A stretch of 64,000 nucleotides of DNA, taken from Meiothermus sp. (GTDB lineage Bacteria > Deinococcota > Deinococci > Deinococcales > Thermaceae). Location of the stretch: NCBI GenBank assembly GCA_033762915.1, contig JANRLD010000075.1:14276-78275 (forward strand). Direction: 5' to 3'. The position numbers and the translations under genes are program-made. The notes beneath the pieces were generated by a model. That model was given only the letters and a program-made list of their open reading frames with translations, did not search any database and was not told the DNA's origin. Shown here piece after piece: positions 39,260-50,647 of the stretch. The first letter of the stretch is position 1; each line of letters begins with the position of its first letter.

Positions 39260-39790
39260 ATGGCGGTGCGGGACATGACGTCGCTTGAGACCTATCTTGG
39301 CACCCATCTGCGCTATAGCGTCTGGGCCAGCCGCCGCGTTTTGCACGCCCTCGGCGACCTTACCCCCGAAGAGTACGGGCGCGAGCTGCTGGAGGGCTTG
39401 AGCCTGCGGGCGGTGGCCGAGCAACTTTTCGAGGGCGACCGCAACTGGTTCGAGCTGCTGGCTGGTGAGCCCTCGGGCCTCGAGGCCCCCGGCCCTTACA
39501 CCGAACTGCCGGACCTCCAGCTCGACTACCGCGACCTTCTACGCCAACTCGAGACCCTGGCCTTCTTCCTCGACGACCTCGAGCTGGCCGGGCACTTCGC
39601 CCAGGACGCGGTTTTGGTGCCCTGGCTGGGGGAGTTCGTGCCCAAACTCCAGGCCGCCCTCGCGGCTGTCTCCGATGCCACCCACCGCCGCGGCCAGCTG
39701 GCTTTGTTGCTGCGCCAGCTCGGACGCCCGGTGCCGCGGCTGGGAATGGCGCACTTTTTCCTGGACTTGGAAAACCCGGCCTCGAGGTGA
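39260..39790 (+). CDS. DinB family protein
   Basis: YSVWASRR..DRNW..THRRGQL..LLRQLG. Confidence 0.75.
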   Translation: MAVRDMTSLETYLGTHLRYSVWASRRVLHALGDLTPEEYGRELLEGLSLRAVAEQLFEGDRNWFELLAGEPSGLEAPGPYTELPDLQLDYRDLLRQLETLAFFLDDLELAGHFAQDAVLVPWLGEFVPKLQAALAAVSDATHRRGQLALLLRQLGRPVPRLGMAHFFLDLENPASR

Positions 39791-39931
39791 GGCTGGAGGG
39801 GTCGCAGGGGCCCGACTCAAAAGCATCCAGTCAGCCGACCTCAAGAGCCCAACCCCTGAAGGCTGCCGGCTCTTCGCGCCAGACGTGGATGAAGAGTTTT
39901 GCAGGCTGTAGGTCAGATTGCTCGAGCGGGG

Positions 39932-40744
39932 TTAGCCCTTGACCGATCCTGCCAGCAGCCCCCGGATGAAGTAGCGACCTAAAAGTACGTACACCAGCAG
40001 CGTCGGGAGCGCGGCCAGCAGAGCGCCCGCCATCGGGAGGTTCCACTTCACCGCCTCGCCGCCAGCAAGCTGGGCCAGCGCCACCGTGATGGGCTGGTTG
40101 GCTGGGCTACTGACAAGCGTGACCGCAAAGAGAAACTCATTCCAGATCTGGGTGAACTGCCAGATGATCACCACCACAAAGCCAGGTATGGACAGTGGGA
40201 AGATCACCTGGCGGTAGATGCTGAAGAACCCTGCCCCGTCGATGCGGGCGGCCTCGATCAGCTCGTCGGGAATCTCGGCATAGTAGTTGCGGAAGATCAG
40301 GGTAGTGATGGGCAAGCCATAGACCACATGAACTAAGATCAGCCCCCAAAGGCTGCCGCCCAGCCCGATTTCGCGGATGAACTGGAACATCGGGATGAGC
40401 ACCGCCTGGTAGGGGATGAACATCCCGAACAGCATCAGCGGGAATATGACGTTGGCTCCCGGAAAGCGCCACTTGGAGAGCACGTAGCCGTTGAGCGAGC
40501 CCAGCAGCGCCGAGAGCAGGGTGGCCATTAGGGTCAAGAAAAAGCTGTTCTGGAGCTTGGGTGCGAAGGCCGCCCAGGCTTGGGCGAAGCTCTCCCAGTA
40601 CCACCGCTCCGGCAGCCGCCAGGTGCCCACGAGGGTGATGGCGGCAGGCTCTTTCAGGGCGGTCACCACCACCAGGTAGACCGGCAGCAGAAAGAACAGT
40701 GTGGCCACAAAGAGGATTCCGTACTGCAAAACTCGGCCGATCAT
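39932..40744 (-). CDS. Carbohydrate ABC transporter permease
   Basis: EAARIDGA loop, WNEFLFA. Confidence 0.95.
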   Translation of the reverse strand: MIGRVLQYGILFVATLFFLLPVYLVVVTALKEPAAITLVGTWRLPERWYWESFAQAWAAFAPKLQNSFFLTLMATLLSALLGSLNGYVLSKWRFPGANVIFPLMLFGMFIPYQAVLIPMFQFIREIGLGGSLWGLILVHVVYGLPITTLIFRNYYAEIPDELIEAARIDGAGFFSIYRQVIFPLSIPGFVVVIIWQFTQIWNEFLFAVTLVSSPANQPITVALAQLAGGEAVKWNLPMAGALLAALPTLLVYVLLGRYFIRGLLAGSVKG

Positions 40745-41865
40745 CGGCGCACCTCCCGCTTAAGTTGGCTGTAGAGGTAGGGCACGATCACAAGCGCGAC
40801 CATGACCAGCAGAATCGTGCCGATGGCAGCACCCTTGGCAATCTGATTGGCCCTGAAGGTGGTCAGGTACATCAAGAGGGCCGGCACGTCGGTGGGGGCG
40901 TTGTCGGCACCCGCCATAGCAAAGATCAGGTCAAAGATCTTAAGGCTTATGTGACCCAGGATGATCATGGCCGAAAGGGTGATGGGGGCCAGCAACGGGA
41001 AGATGATGCGCTGATAGAGCTGCCACTCGTTGGCCCCGTCCACCTTGGCGGCCTCGCGAAGCTCCTCGGGTATGCCGCGGAGACCGGCCAGGTACAGCGC
41101 CATGGTGTACCCCGACATCTGCCACACTGCCGCGATGATAATGCCGATAAAGGCCAGGTTAAAGCCGTGTGGCTCGTCGAAAGGCAGCGGCTTTAGGGTG
41201 CGCCCGATGGTAAGCGCCCATAGCAGTAGCAGGCCCGCCGAGACCGCCGCGATCCAGGCCCGCCGCCGCTCACCGGCCCGGTAGGCCGAGAGGGCGATGT
41301 AGGCCAGCACCACTGCGACCACCGCTGCGGTGATGAGCGGAAGGCTGTTCCAGCTGAATTGCCAGACCTGCTCTCTCGAGGTCAGCCAGGCGAACTCGCC
41401 CGGCGGCAGCCCAAGCACGGTGGGCAGCTGGTTTACCCCGCCCGCAGGCTGCAGCATCCAGCGCCAGATGGTGCCGGTGACGATGAACGAGAGCGACATG
41501 GGGAACAGAAAGATAGTCCGGAAAAACCCCTCACCCTTGGGGCTGCGGTCGAGCGTAAGGGCCAGCGCCAGCCCCACCCCGAGGCAGCCCAGGATGAAGA
41601 ACAGTGTAAAGAAAAACGTGTTAACCAAGTCTTGGCGGAAGCGACCATCGATCAGTCCGGTGAACAGTTCCCGATAGTTCTCGAGGCCGATGAAGTTGAC
41701 TTTAGGGTTGGCTGCCAGGGCCTGGGCGGGGTCGCGCCCCCAGTCGGTCAGCGAGGTGTAGAAGGTCTGGCCGATGAAGCCATACACAAAGATCCCAACC
41801 AGTACGATCGAAGGCAGGATCACCATAAACCCGTAAAGGTTGTCCTTGTTCCTAAACCAGTTCAT
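40741..41865 (-). CDS. Carbohydrate ABC transporter permease
   Basis: EAAKVDGA loop, TM helices. Confidence 0.95.
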   Translation of the reverse strand: MNWFRNKDNLYGFMVILPSIVLVGIFVYGFIGQTFYTSLTDWGRDPAQALAANPKVNFIGLENYRELFTGLIDGRFRQDLVNTFFFTLFFILGCLGVGLALALTLDRSPKGEGFFRTIFLFPMSLSFIVTGTIWRWMLQPAGGVNQLPTVLGLPPGEFAWLTSREQVWQFSWNSLPLITAAVVAVVLAYIALSAYRAGERRRAWIAAVSAGLLLLWALTIGRTLKPLPFDEPHGFNLAFIGIIIAAVWQMSGYTMALYLAGLRGIPEELREAAKVDGANEWQLYQRIIFPLLAPITLSAMIILGHISLKIFDLIFAMAGADNAPTDVPALLMYLTTFRANQIAKGAAIGTILLVMVALVIVPYLYSQLKREVRR

Positions 41866-42332
41866 AGCGGATTCCTCGCGGCGGTCGGCTGGACGGTAGG
41901 TACGCGCATAGTGTTCCTTTGAAAAAGTTGGCCTTCTTGGTTTGTGCGTCTGATATTGGCCGGGTCAGGTTTTGCGGCTGAGAACTGTCTGGAAAGCGGC
42001 GGGAACCAGATCATGGGCTGCGTTTTGCAGCGGGTTGGCTCCTCCTGCGCCCAAGCACGTTCGGCGAATCCAAGGATGGCTCACGCGGCGTTAGCCGGTC
42101 TGAGATGTCCATTCCAGCGCTGCGTGCTGGTTAAGACAAACCCATCACGCTGACGGTGTGTCTTGGGGGAGTGGTGCTGGAACGGAGAACACCAATACTG
42201 CGGCCAGTGGGCCGCTTTTGCCTCTCGAGCCGTAGCAGGAGTTGGCCTGTAGGGTAGCGAGGGTGGTCGCACACCGGCCTGCCACCGGCGTGCGAGCACC
42301 CCCTATGCCCCACTATCCGTCAGAGGCAGGCG

Positions 42333-43571
42333 CTATTGGCCCAGCCGCACTTGCGTGGCAATGGCCTGGGCGGCGTTGGCAGCGGCGGTGGCGTTCTTGC
42401 CGCTGAGGTAGATCTCCATCACGGTGCCGAACTGGCTCATAAAGCTCTCAGGCGCGACGGCACCGTGAACCAGCGAGCCCACGATGCGGTTGGACTTCCA
42501 GTCGCGCATGGCCGACTGCAGGTATGCGTTGTACTTGGCGGGGTCGGAGTCGTTGCGGGCGGCGATGGAGCCCTTAAGCGGGTTGAAGGCGTCCTGGCCC
42601 TCTTTGGAGCCCAGTAGCTTAAGCCAGTTGATTACGTTGGCGCGGTTCTTGGCCCCTTTGGGCAGCCCGAACGAGTCGGAGAGCATCATGAACATGCCCG
42701 AGGTACCCGGAGAGGGCGCGAAGCCGAAGTCGGTGCCGGGGGTGAGCTTCTTGGTGGTGGTGAGGTATCCAGCCGCCCAGTCGCCCATGATATTGAAGGC
42801 GGCGGTACCCTCCACTACCCGGTCGGTGGCCTGCTGCCAGGAAAGTGCGGATGCGTCCTTGTTGGCGCAGTCCATGACCTGGCCGAAAGTCTGAAACACC
42901 CTGACCACTTTGGGGTCGGAAAACTTCAGCTTGCCTTGCCACAGGGCGGTGTAGTCGGCAGCGCCCAACACGCCCAACGCGACCGACTCCCAAAGGTGTT
43001 GCTGGGTCCAGTTCTCGCCCACCACCAGGGGGGCCGCGAGGCCCTTGCCCTTAAGGGTGGTGCAGGTGGTCAGGAATTCGGCCCAGGTCTTGGGGGGCTG
43101 CACGCCCCACTCGCGCAGCTTGGCGGGGTTGTACCACATCACGTTGGAGCGGTGGATGTTGACCGGCACGCTGTAGATCTTGCCGTTCACGGTTAGCAGG
43201 TCCAACAGGCCTTTGGGGAACTTGGTGTTCCAACCTTCGGAGCGGTACAGGCTGGTTAGGTCCTCCATGCGGTCGGCCACGACCCAGGTGCCGGTAAGCT
43301 CTTGCCCGGCGTGAACCTGAAAGCTGTCGGGCGGGTCGCCCCCCAGCATCCGGGTCTTGAGCACGGCCCGCGCGTTAACGCCCGAGCCGCCGGTCACGGT
43401 GGCGTTGACCACCTCGACGTTTGGGTAGCGTTTTTTGTAGATGTCCACCAGCGCCTGCAGCGCGGGCCCCTCGTCGCCCGCCCACCAGGAGAAGATCTCA
43501 AGCTTCCCGCTTTGCGCTAGGGCCATAAAGCCCAGCGCCGCCACTCCCGCTGCCATAAGCCACTTCTTCAT
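42333..43571 (-). CDS. Sugar (probably glucose) ABC transporter substrate-binding protein
   Basis: [35 protein letters not shown]. Confidence 0.92.
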   Translation of the reverse strand: MKKWLMAAGVAALGFMALAQSGKLEIFSWWAGDEGPALQALVDIYKKRYPNVEVVNATVTGGSGVNARAVLKTRMLGGDPPDSFQVHAGQELTGTWVVADRMEDLTSLYRSEGWNTKFPKGLLDLLTVNGKIYSVPVNIHRSNVMWYNPAKLREWGVQPPKTWAEFLTTCTTLKGKGLAAPLVVGENWTQQHLWESVALGVLGAADYTALWQGKLKFSDPKVVRVFQTFGQVMDCANKDASALSWQQATDRVVEGTAAFNIMGDWAAGYLTTTKKLTPGTDFGFAPSPGTSGMFMMLSDSFGLPKGAKNRANVINWLKLLGSKEGQDAFNPLKGSIAARNDSDPAKYNAYLQSAMRDWKSNRIVGSLVHGAVAPESFMSQFGTVMEIYLSGKNATAAANAAQAIATQVRLGQ

Positions 43572-43604
43572 AGTTTCCTCCTCAAACCCGAACTCGACCA
43601 GCCT

Positions 43605-44792
43605 TTAGCCGGGCGCCCGAGAGGGGTTTGGTCGGCCCTCCTCCCGAACACCACCGGATGCCAAAAAGCGCTGCAGCACCAGGGCCGCAGCGCCCATAGC
43701 CGGAGCCAGATGCCCGAACGCGCTGGGCCGGATCGGCATCGCAGCGTGTTCGGGGACGTACGCGACCTCGGACAGCCGCTCGCGCAGGGGGGCCTCGAGC
43801 CAGGGCCAGGCCTCCGCCCCCAGCCCGCCCAGCACCACCACCGCTGGGTCGAAGGCCACAGCCGCGTTGGCGACAAAGTGGCCCAACTGGCGGGCCAAGT
43901 GCTCGAGGGTCTGCTGGGCCAGGGCGTCGCCGGACTGGGCCTGCTCCATCAACTCGCGGAAGCCTTCGACGCGCCCGCCCTGGGCCTGGTAGCGGAGTAC
44001 CGAGGCCCGCAGCGAGACCTCTCCCTCCACCACCGAGGTGCCGTTGGGCTGACGCTGCGCCCCCAGCAGCCAGTGACCCAGCTCTCCCGCCGCGCCGATT
44101 CGTCCCCGGTAGACCTGACCGTTTACCACCAGTCCGGTACCCAGCCCAGTGGCCAGGACGATATACAACAGCGGGCTGTGGTTCTCGCCCCAGAAGGTCT
44201 CGCCCAGGGCCGAGGCCTTGGCGTCGTTCTCGAGGACTACTGGCATGCCCAGCAAGGCCTCGAGGTCGTCCGCAGGGCGCTCTTCGCGCCAGCCGAGGCC
44301 GAAGTTGGGGGCATAGACCAGGGTGCGGTCTTCACGGATCACCCCCGGTACGGTCAGCCCCGCGCCCAGCGGCTGCCCGAGCCCCTCAACTTCCCGTCCG
44401 ACCCGCTCGGCCAACCTGACCAAACGCTCGGGCAATGGGGTCTCGGGCTTCTCGGGCCATTCCCAGCGGCCCTGGGGCTGACTGGCCAAGTCGAGAAGGA
44501 TCACGGTGGTGCGTTCCACGCCCAGCTCTATGCCCAGCGCCAGGGCACCCTCGGAGTGCAGCTCGAGTGTCAGGCCAGGCCGACCTAGGCCGGGCGTGCG
44601 CAGGGTTCCCTCGGAGAGCAGCCGCTCCTCGAGCAGCTCCTGGGTCAGCGCTGACACCGTACTCTTGGTCAGCCCCACTGCCCGGGCCAGTTCGGCCCGG
44701 CTAAGCGACCCTTCCCGGCGCACGGCTTCCAGGATCAGCCGGCGGTTGTGCCGCTTAATGCGCTGTTGATCCAAAGGCAGGTCACGAGGCAT
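43605..44792 (-). CDS. ROK-family transcriptional repressor
   Basis: N-terminal HTH SRAELAR..GLTKSTVS; ENDAKA; GAAGELGH. Confidence 0.93.
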   Translation of the reverse strand: MPRDLPLDQQRIKRHNRRLILEAVRREGSLSRAELARAVGLTKSTVSALTQELLEERLLSEGTLRTPGLGRPGLTLELHSEGALALGIELGVERTTVILLDLASQPQGRWEWPEKPETPLPERLVRLAERVGREVEGLGQPLGAGLTVPGVIREDRTLVYAPNFGLGWREERPADDLEALLGMPVVLENDAKASALGETFWGENHSPLLYIVLATGLGTGLVVNGQVYRGRIGAAGELGHWLLGAQRQPNGTSVVEGEVSLRASVLRYQAQGGRVEGFRELMEQAQSGDALAQQTLEHLARQLGHFVANAAVAFDPAVVVLGGLGAEAWPWLEAPLRERLSEVAYVPEHAAMPIRPSAFGHLAPAMGAAALVLQRFLASGGVREEGRPNPSRAPG

Positions 44793-44832
44793 GGGGTATC
44801 GCCCGTAAAGATGGTTTGACTGCACCGGAGAA

Positions 44833-44891
44833 TTAGTAAGTTTGTCGAACGAACTAAAACGAGTCTACCGACTGAACTGTAGTCTTGTCAA
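44833..44891 (-). promoter_or_regulatory. Sigma70 promoter (TTGACA-18-TAGACT) with XylR/ROK-type operator TTAGTAAGTTTGTCGAACGAACTAA
   Basis: -35 at 44886-44891, -10 at 44862-44867, 25-bp imperfect palindrome 44833-44857. Confidence 0.75.
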
Positions 44892-45140
44892 CACACTCTT
44901 GGCGGCAATAGGTCAACCGGGTCGGGAAGACGGCGACCTCGAGCACTAATAAGCGCGGTTTATCGCAATACCTTGCACTCGAGGGGTCTTGACGCAAAAA
45001 ACCTGCCCCCACATCAGCACGGGGGTCTGGCGATCGGGGTTGGGTAGGGGCTTCCTGGCGCTGCGGTTCGTTGACCTACCCACGAGGAGGGTTTGGGCGG
45101 CCAGCGCCTTGAGTCAGTTTGGTTGATCAATCACGAATCA

Positions 45141-45824
45141 CTACACGGATGCGGGTGTCTGCCCACGGCCTGATCGGGCTTGGTCTAGCAACTCTTCGGG
45201 CCTCAGGTCGCACAGGCATTCCAAGACCAGGTCGGCCGGGCTAAGGTCTAGATGGCGGGTGAGGAAGTTGGGCACCGCCACGGTGTACGCACCGGCAGAC
45301 TTTGCCGCCTTAACTCCGTTAAGCGAGTCCTCGATCACCACCGTCTGTGCGGGGGGTAGTCCCAGCGCCTCGGCAGCCTTGATGAACAGGGCGGGGTCGG
45401 GCTTGGTGCGCTCCACATCTTCCTTGGTGCGTACGACCTCGAAGTGCTGCCACAGCCCCAATCGCCTGAGGTGGCCTTCAACCCAGGCCAGCCTTGAGCT
45501 GCTGGCCACGGCCAGTTGCAGCCCCAGCCCTGGCGCGGCCTCCAGGAGGTCCACCACCCCGCGCATAGGCTCGAGCTGGCTGTTGAGTTCGGCCTTGCGG
45601 GCCTTGATGTGCGCTTCAATCTGGGGATGGTCCAGCGACCTTCCGACCATCCGCTCGAGGTGCCTTGAGGGCTCGAAGGGCACGTCGTTGGTGCCCACAC
45701 AGGGCAGCCAAAACTCGAGGGTCAGTTCCGCGCCGTGCTCCCGGAACACCTCCTGCCAGGCCAGGAACTCGGTCCGCTCGGTGTCCAGAATGGTCCCGTC
45801 AAAGTCGAAGATCAAGGCGCGCAT
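45141..45824 (-). CDS. HAD-superfamily phosphatase
   Basis: FDFDGT, KPDP, IEDS motifs. Confidence 0.93.
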   Translation of the reverse strand: MRALIFDFDGTILDTERTEFLAWQEVFREHGAELTLEFWLPCVGTNDVPFEPSRHLERMVGRSLDHPQIEAHIKARKAELNSQLEPMRGVVDLLEAAPGLGLQLAVASSSRLAWVEGHLRRLGLWQHFEVVRTKEDVERTKPDPALFIKAAEALGLPPAQTVVIEDSLNGVKAAKSAGAYTVAVPNFLTRHLDLSPADLVLECLCDLRPEELLDQARSGRGQTPASV

Positions 45825-45844
45825 TCCCCAACTATACTGGGTTC

Positions 45845-46792
45845 ATGGCCATCCACCGGTTCACCCCCACCCACTATTTCAACACCCTCGGTAGCCACCC
45901 AGCCGTCTTGAAGGTAAGGCCCGGCGACACCATAATCACCACCTGTGTGGACGCTCGAGGCCTCGACGCCAACGACCACCAGGCCACGCCTCCCGGCAAC
46001 CCCATGACCGGTCCGTTCTGGCTCGAGGGCGCAGAGCCCGGCGACACCCTGGTAGTCAAGATCGAGCGCCTGACCCCCACCCGCAAGCGCGGCTGGTCGG
46101 GGGCGGTGCTGGCCTCCAACGTAGTGGACCCCTGGGACGTGCCCCAATTGCTGCGGGCCAAGGGCGACCTGCGCCACGTAAACTGGCAGCTCGACGGCGA
46201 TCGGGCCAGGCTTGACCACCCCGACAGCCCACTGCATGGCTTCGAGGTGCAGCTCGAGCCGATGCTGGGCTGCTTTGGGGTGGCCGCTGAGGACGGCCAG
46301 GCCATCAGCACGGCCACCTCCGGCAACCACGGCGGCAACATGGACTACCGGGGTTTTGGCGAGGGCTGCACGGTCTACTTCCCGGTATTTGCCGAGGGCG
46401 GGCTGTTCTTCCTTGGCGACGGCCACGCCTTGCAGGGCGACGGCGAGATTGCCGGAACTGGCATCGAGGTCTCGACCGAGGTGCAGTTCACTCTTGAACT
46501 CCTCGAGGGCAAGCGGATCGGCTGGCCCAGGGGCGAGAATGCCGACTACATCTTCACTGTGGGCAATGCCCGTCCGCTCGACCAATGTGTGCAGCACGCC
46601 ACCAGCGAGATGCTGCGCTGGCTGATGTCCGACTATGGCCTCGACGCGGTGGCGGCATCGCAGCTGATGGGTCAGGGTGTGCGCTACGACCTCGGCAACG
46701 TCTTCGACCCGGCCTACACCATGGTCTGCAAGATGCCCAAGCGGCTGCTCGAGCGGGCCGTGGAGAGCCTGAAAGGTAAGGCAGGGGGCTGA
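45845..46792 (+). CDS. Acetamidase/formamidase family protein
   Basis: TGPFWLEGAEPGD, HGGNMD, GDGHALQGDGE. Confidence 0.92.
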   Translation: MAIHRFTPTHYFNTLGSHPAVLKVRPGDTIITTCVDARGLDANDHQATPPGNPMTGPFWLEGAEPGDTLVVKIERLTPTRKRGWSGAVLASNVVDPWDVPQLLRAKGDLRHVNWQLDGDRARLDHPDSPLHGFEVQLEPMLGCFGVAAEDGQAISTATSGNHGGNMDYRGFGEGCTVYFPVFAEGGLFFLGDGHALQGDGEIAGTGIEVSTEVQFTLELLEGKRIGWPRGENADYIFTVGNARPLDQCVQHATSEMLRWLMSDYGLDAVAASQLMGQGVRYDLGNVFDPAYTMVCKMPKRLLERAVESLKGKAGG

Positions 46793-46837
46793 AGGGCTCG
46801 AGAAGCAGGTCCTCGGCATCCCCCGGCAATTCAGAGC

Positions 46838-46886
46838 GGTTCTCACGAACACTCGGTGCGGCGGCTTTTGCCGTACCGAGTGCACC
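46838..46886. repeat. REP-like palindrome (inverted copy at 53921)
   Basis: CACTCGGTGCGGC..GCCGTACCGAGTG. Confidence 0.75.
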
Positions 46887-47019
46887 ACTCCGCACCATGG
46901 GCGGAGTTTGGGTTGGAAACGCGATAGGGAGTACATTACCTGCCGCCGCGAGGAAGGTAATGGTAGGAAACGGGATCAGGCTTGCGTTCAAAGGGTTTTT
47001 TGGGCTGTAAGTATCTCCG

Positions 47020-47121
47020 TAGTTGAAACGCAGGAACCCGCCCCGAAACACCCGTAGGGAATTGCGCCAGACACGTGTTTTCGGCGGTCGCTGGTCATGC
47101 AAATCTGTCCTGGCGCAACTA
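47020..47121. repeat. MITE-like dispersed repeat, short copy
   Basis: TAGTTG...CAACTA termini; CCGTAGGGAATTGCGCC core; CCTGGCGCAAC end shared with 34804 copy. Confidence 0.55.
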
Positions 47122-47248
47122 AAGACACGAGAAAGCTTTGCCCAAAGGGGCTACTCCACCCCCTGCAGTATCGGCAAGAGATGCTGCAGAGGTCCCCTTT
47201 GGCTATTTTGGGGAATCGCCGCCAACTTCGAGACCTTGCCCTCGGCCC

Positions 47249-49309
47249 TCACTTCACCTGAGTCGCCTGAATTGCCGTGAGCGCAATGGTGTACACAATG
47301 TCGTCCACCAGAGCACCTCGGCTCAGGTCGTTCACCGGTTTCCTTAGCCCCTGGAGCATCGGCCCAACACTCACCACGCCAGCGCTACGCTGGACGGCTT
47401 TGTAGGTGGTGTTGCCGGTGTTCAGGTCGGGGAAGATGAAGACCGTGGCCCGGCCAGCCACGGGGCTGCCCGGGGCTTTCTGGCGGCCCACGCTCTCCAC
47501 GCTGGCGGCGTCGTACTGTAAGGGGCCGTCGATCATCAAATCGGGGCGCTTGGACTTGGCGATTTGGGTGGCCCTGGCGACCTTTTCCACGTCGTCGCCC
47601 GCACCAGAAGTGCCAGTGCTGTAAGAGATCATCGCAACCCTGGGCACGATTCCGAAGGCAGCAGCCGAGTCTGCCGACTGGATGGCGATGTCGGCGAGTT
47701 CCTCGGGGGTTGGGTCGGGGTTCACCGCGCAGTCGCCGTAGACCAGCACCTGGTCGGGCATCAGCATGAAAAAGACGCTGCTGACCAGGGCGGCGCTGGG
47801 TGCGGTCTTGATGAGCTGGAGTGCTGGCCGGATGGTGTTGGCGGTGGTGTGGATTGCGCCGGAGACCAGACCGTCCACCTCGCCCAGGGCCAGCATCATG
47901 GTTCCCAGCACCACCGAGTCCTCGAGCTGCTGTTCGGCCATAGGGTCGGTTAGGCCCTTGTGCTTGCGCAGCTCCACCATTGGCCCGATGTACTTGGCCC
48001 TGACAGCGTCGGGGTCGATGATTTGCACGCTGCTGGGGAGCTTGACGCCTTGGGCTTCGGCAACTGCATGCACCGAGTCGGGCTTGGCCAGCAAAATACA
48101 CTGAGCGATGCCCTTCTCGTGGCAGATGGCGGCGGCCCGCACGGTGCGCGGTTCGTCGCCCTCGGGTAACACGATGCGCTTGCGGGCAGCGCTGGCTTTC
48201 TTGATCAGCTCGTAGCGGAAGGCCGGGGGGGTCATGCGGCGCTCGTGGGGCTCGGCGATGCGCGAGAGCAGCGGGGTCAGCTCGAGCTTGTCCGCCACGT
48301 AGTCCAGCACCCGCTCGACGCGCTCGAGGTCGTCGAGGGGGATCTGGGTGTCCATCAAATTGAGCCGCCCGGCGGTGGTGTAGGTGTCGGTCTCGACCAT
48401 CAGTACCGGCAGGCTCGAGGTGAGGGCGACCCGGCAGAGGCGCTGGATGGGCTCTTCGGGGGGGTAGTTCCAGGTCAGGAGCAGGCCCGCCAGCGGTACC
48501 CCGCTTAGATGCGCCAGCGAGGCCGCCATCACCACGTCCTCGCGGTCTCCGGAGGTGATCACCAGCGCCCCCGGCGTGAAGAGGTTGACGATATTGGGCA
48601 CGCTGCGGGCAGCGATAAAGGTCTTCTGCACCCGTCGGCTTTCCATCTCGCCCGCATTGACCACCGTCGCTCCCAGGTGCCGCGCCACATCGGCCACCCT
48701 GGGGGCGGCGATGGCCGGGTTGACCGGGATTGAGCCCAGCTGGGTCAACTTGCTGTCCAGCAGCTTCCTGCGGCTGCGCAGCTTGGAGGTGTAGCTCTGG
48801 TCGGCTGGGGGGGCGTAGTTGAGGATGTAGCCGGCCACCGCATCGCCGTAACCGGGCAGCATTAGCTCCATCTGGTCGGCAACCTCCTTGGGAGTGCTGC
48901 CCTGCAAGGAGGCCACCAGGATCACGGCGGCCTCGAGGTTTCTGGCCAGTTCGGCATTGAGCTGGGCCGCGTAGGGGTTGCCCGCATGGAGGGCCAGCCC
49001 CTCCACCACCACCGCATCGGCCCCCTCGGCGGCCTGGGCATAGACCCGCACCACCTCCTCCATCAGGTCGTCGGTTTGGCCCTCGGTCAGCAACCGTTCG
49101 GCCCGCTCGAGGGGTATGGGGTCGGGAACTGGGATGCGGCCGACCTCGCGGGCAAAGTGCACGCTGCGCTCCACGGCGGTGTAGTCCTGGGCAATCGGCT
49201 TGCAAAACCCGACCTTCAGTCCGGTTCGTTCGAGGGCGCGAACCACCCCCAGCGCGGCGCTGGTCAGGCCGACCGAGGGACGGGTGGGAGCGACAAACAG
49301 GGCCTTCAT
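47249..49309 (-). CDS. pta: Phosphate acetyltransferase (long form with DRTGG domain)
   Basis: [46 protein letters not shown]. Confidence 0.97.
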   Translation of the reverse strand: MKALFVAPTRPSVGLTSAALGVVRALERTGLKVGFCKPIAQDYTAVERSVHFAREVGRIPVPDPIPLERAERLLTEGQTDDLMEEVVRVYAQAAEGADAVVVEGLALHAGNPYAAQLNAELARNLEAAVILVASLQGSTPKEVADQMELMLPGYGDAVAGYILNYAPPADQSYTSKLRSRRKLLDSKLTQLGSIPVNPAIAAPRVADVARHLGATVVNAGEMESRRVQKTFIAARSVPNIVNLFTPGALVITSGDREDVVMAASLAHLSGVPLAGLLLTWNYPPEEPIQRLCRVALTSSLPVLMVETDTYTTAGRLNLMDTQIPLDDLERVERVLDYVADKLELTPLLSRIAEPHERRMTPPAFRYELIKKASAARKRIVLPEGDEPRTVRAAAICHEKGIAQCILLAKPDSVHAVAEAQGVKLPSSVQIIDPDAVRAKYIGPMVELRKHKGLTDPMAEQQLEDSVVLGTMMLALGEVDGLVSGAIHTTANTIRPALQLIKTAPSAALVSSVFFMLMPDQVLVYGDCAVNPDPTPEELADIAIQSADSAAAFGIVPRVAMISYSTGTSGAGDDVEKVARATQIAKSKRPDLMIDGPLQYDAASVESVGRQKAPGSPVAGRATVFIFPDLNTGNTTYKAVQRSAGVVSVGPMLQGLRKPVNDLSRGALVDDIVYTIALTAIQATQVK

Positions 49310-49393
49310 GTGGCGTCCAGTATACGGACGAGTTGTGCGCAGATGGTGCCCGACCACCCTCGAGTCCGCTGCCCTCGAGTAAACTCTAGCGCG

Positions 49394-50533
49394 ATGAAGA
49401 GAATCGTGGTGCTCGGCTCGACGGGTTCAATCGGAACCCAGACCCTGGACGTGTGCCGCTGGCGGGGGTACGCGGTGGTCGGGCTGGTGGCGGGCAAAAA
49501 TCTCGAGCTGCTGGCCCGGCAGATCGAGGAGTTCCGGCCCGAGGTGGTGGCGGCGGACGCGGGGCTGCTGCCCGAACTCCGCAGCCGCTTTCCGGGGCTG
49601 CGGGTGACCGACGCGCTCGAGGTGGCCGCCCACCCTGCCGATGTGGTGGTGGGGGCTGTCCCGGGGTTGGCGGGCCTCCCGGGCGTGCGGGTTGCGGTGG
49701 AACAGGGCCGCCGGATGGCCCTTGCCAACAAGGAGAGCATGGTCGCGGCAGGGCCGCTGCTGTGGGAGATCGCCGAACGCACCGGGGCGGAGATCATACC
49801 GGTGGACTCCGAGCACTCCGCCCTGTTCCAGAGCCTGGTGGGCGAGCCCCCCGGCGACCTCGCCGAGCTGATCCTGACCGCCTCGGGCGGGCCGTTTCGC
49901 AGCGAGCCCGCAGATCTGTCCGGGGTTACCCCCGCCCAAGCCCTAAACCACCCGAGGTGGAAGATGGGGCCGAAGGTCACCATCGACTCCTCGACCCTGT
50001 TTAACAAGGGTCTGGAGGTACTTGAGGCTGTGCAGCTGTTCAGGGTGCCCATCACCAAGGTCAAGGTTCAGGTTCACCCGCAGAGCTACGTACACTCGAT
50101 GGTGCGCTTCCAGGACGGCAATATCAAGGCCCAACTCGGCCCCACCGACATGCGCCTGGCCATTCAGTATGCCCTCACCTACCCCGAGCGCCCCTCCACC
50201 CCCCTGCGCGATGCCCCCATCCCCGAGCGTCTGGACTTTTTCGCCCCCGATCTCAACCGCTTCCCGGCCCTGGCCTTGGCCTACGAGGCCGGGCGAATGG
50301 GTGGCCTGGCCCCGGTCGTACTCAACGCCGCCGACGAGATTGCGGTGGAAGCCTTTCTGGCCGGTCAAATCGCCTACTTAGGGATCGCCGATATACTTCA
50401 GAAGGTGTTGCAGCAAACCCCCGAGGGCGGCCTGACCTGGGAGAATATCGCGTCGGCCGACCTCGAGGCCAGGCGACTGGCTTTGGAACTTGTAAAGGAG
50501 GGAAGAGGGTTCAGGATAAAAGGAGCCGTGTAG
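49394..50533 (+). CDS. dxr: 1-deoxy-D-xylulose 5-phosphate reductoisomerase
   Basis: [31 protein letters not shown]. Confidence 0.97.
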   Translation: MKRIVVLGSTGSIGTQTLDVCRWRGYAVVGLVAGKNLELLARQIEEFRPEVVAADAGLLPELRSRFPGLRVTDALEVAAHPADVVVGAVPGLAGLPGVRVAVEQGRRMALANKESMVAAGPLLWEIAERTGAEIIPVDSEHSALFQSLVGEPPGDLAELILTASGGPFRSEPADLSGVTPAQALNHPRWKMGPKVTIDSSTLFNKGLEVLEAVQLFRVPITKVKVQVHPQSYVHSMVRFQDGNIKAQLGPTDMRLAIQYALTYPERPSTPLRDAPIPERLDFFAPDLNRFPALALAYEAGRMGGLAPVVLNAADEIAVEAFLAGQIAYLGIADILQKVLQQTPEGGLTWENIASADLEARRLALELVKEGRGFRIKGAV

Positions 50534-50647
50534 GGCGATCGGCGTGAGTTATCGGCCCTTGGTCAGGCGCCAAGGTCCAGGAGCGAAAAGCTCTCCGCCA
50601 AAAGGTTGTCCACCGTTTCCCGTTCCCTGTGCCCTGTTCACTAACCC

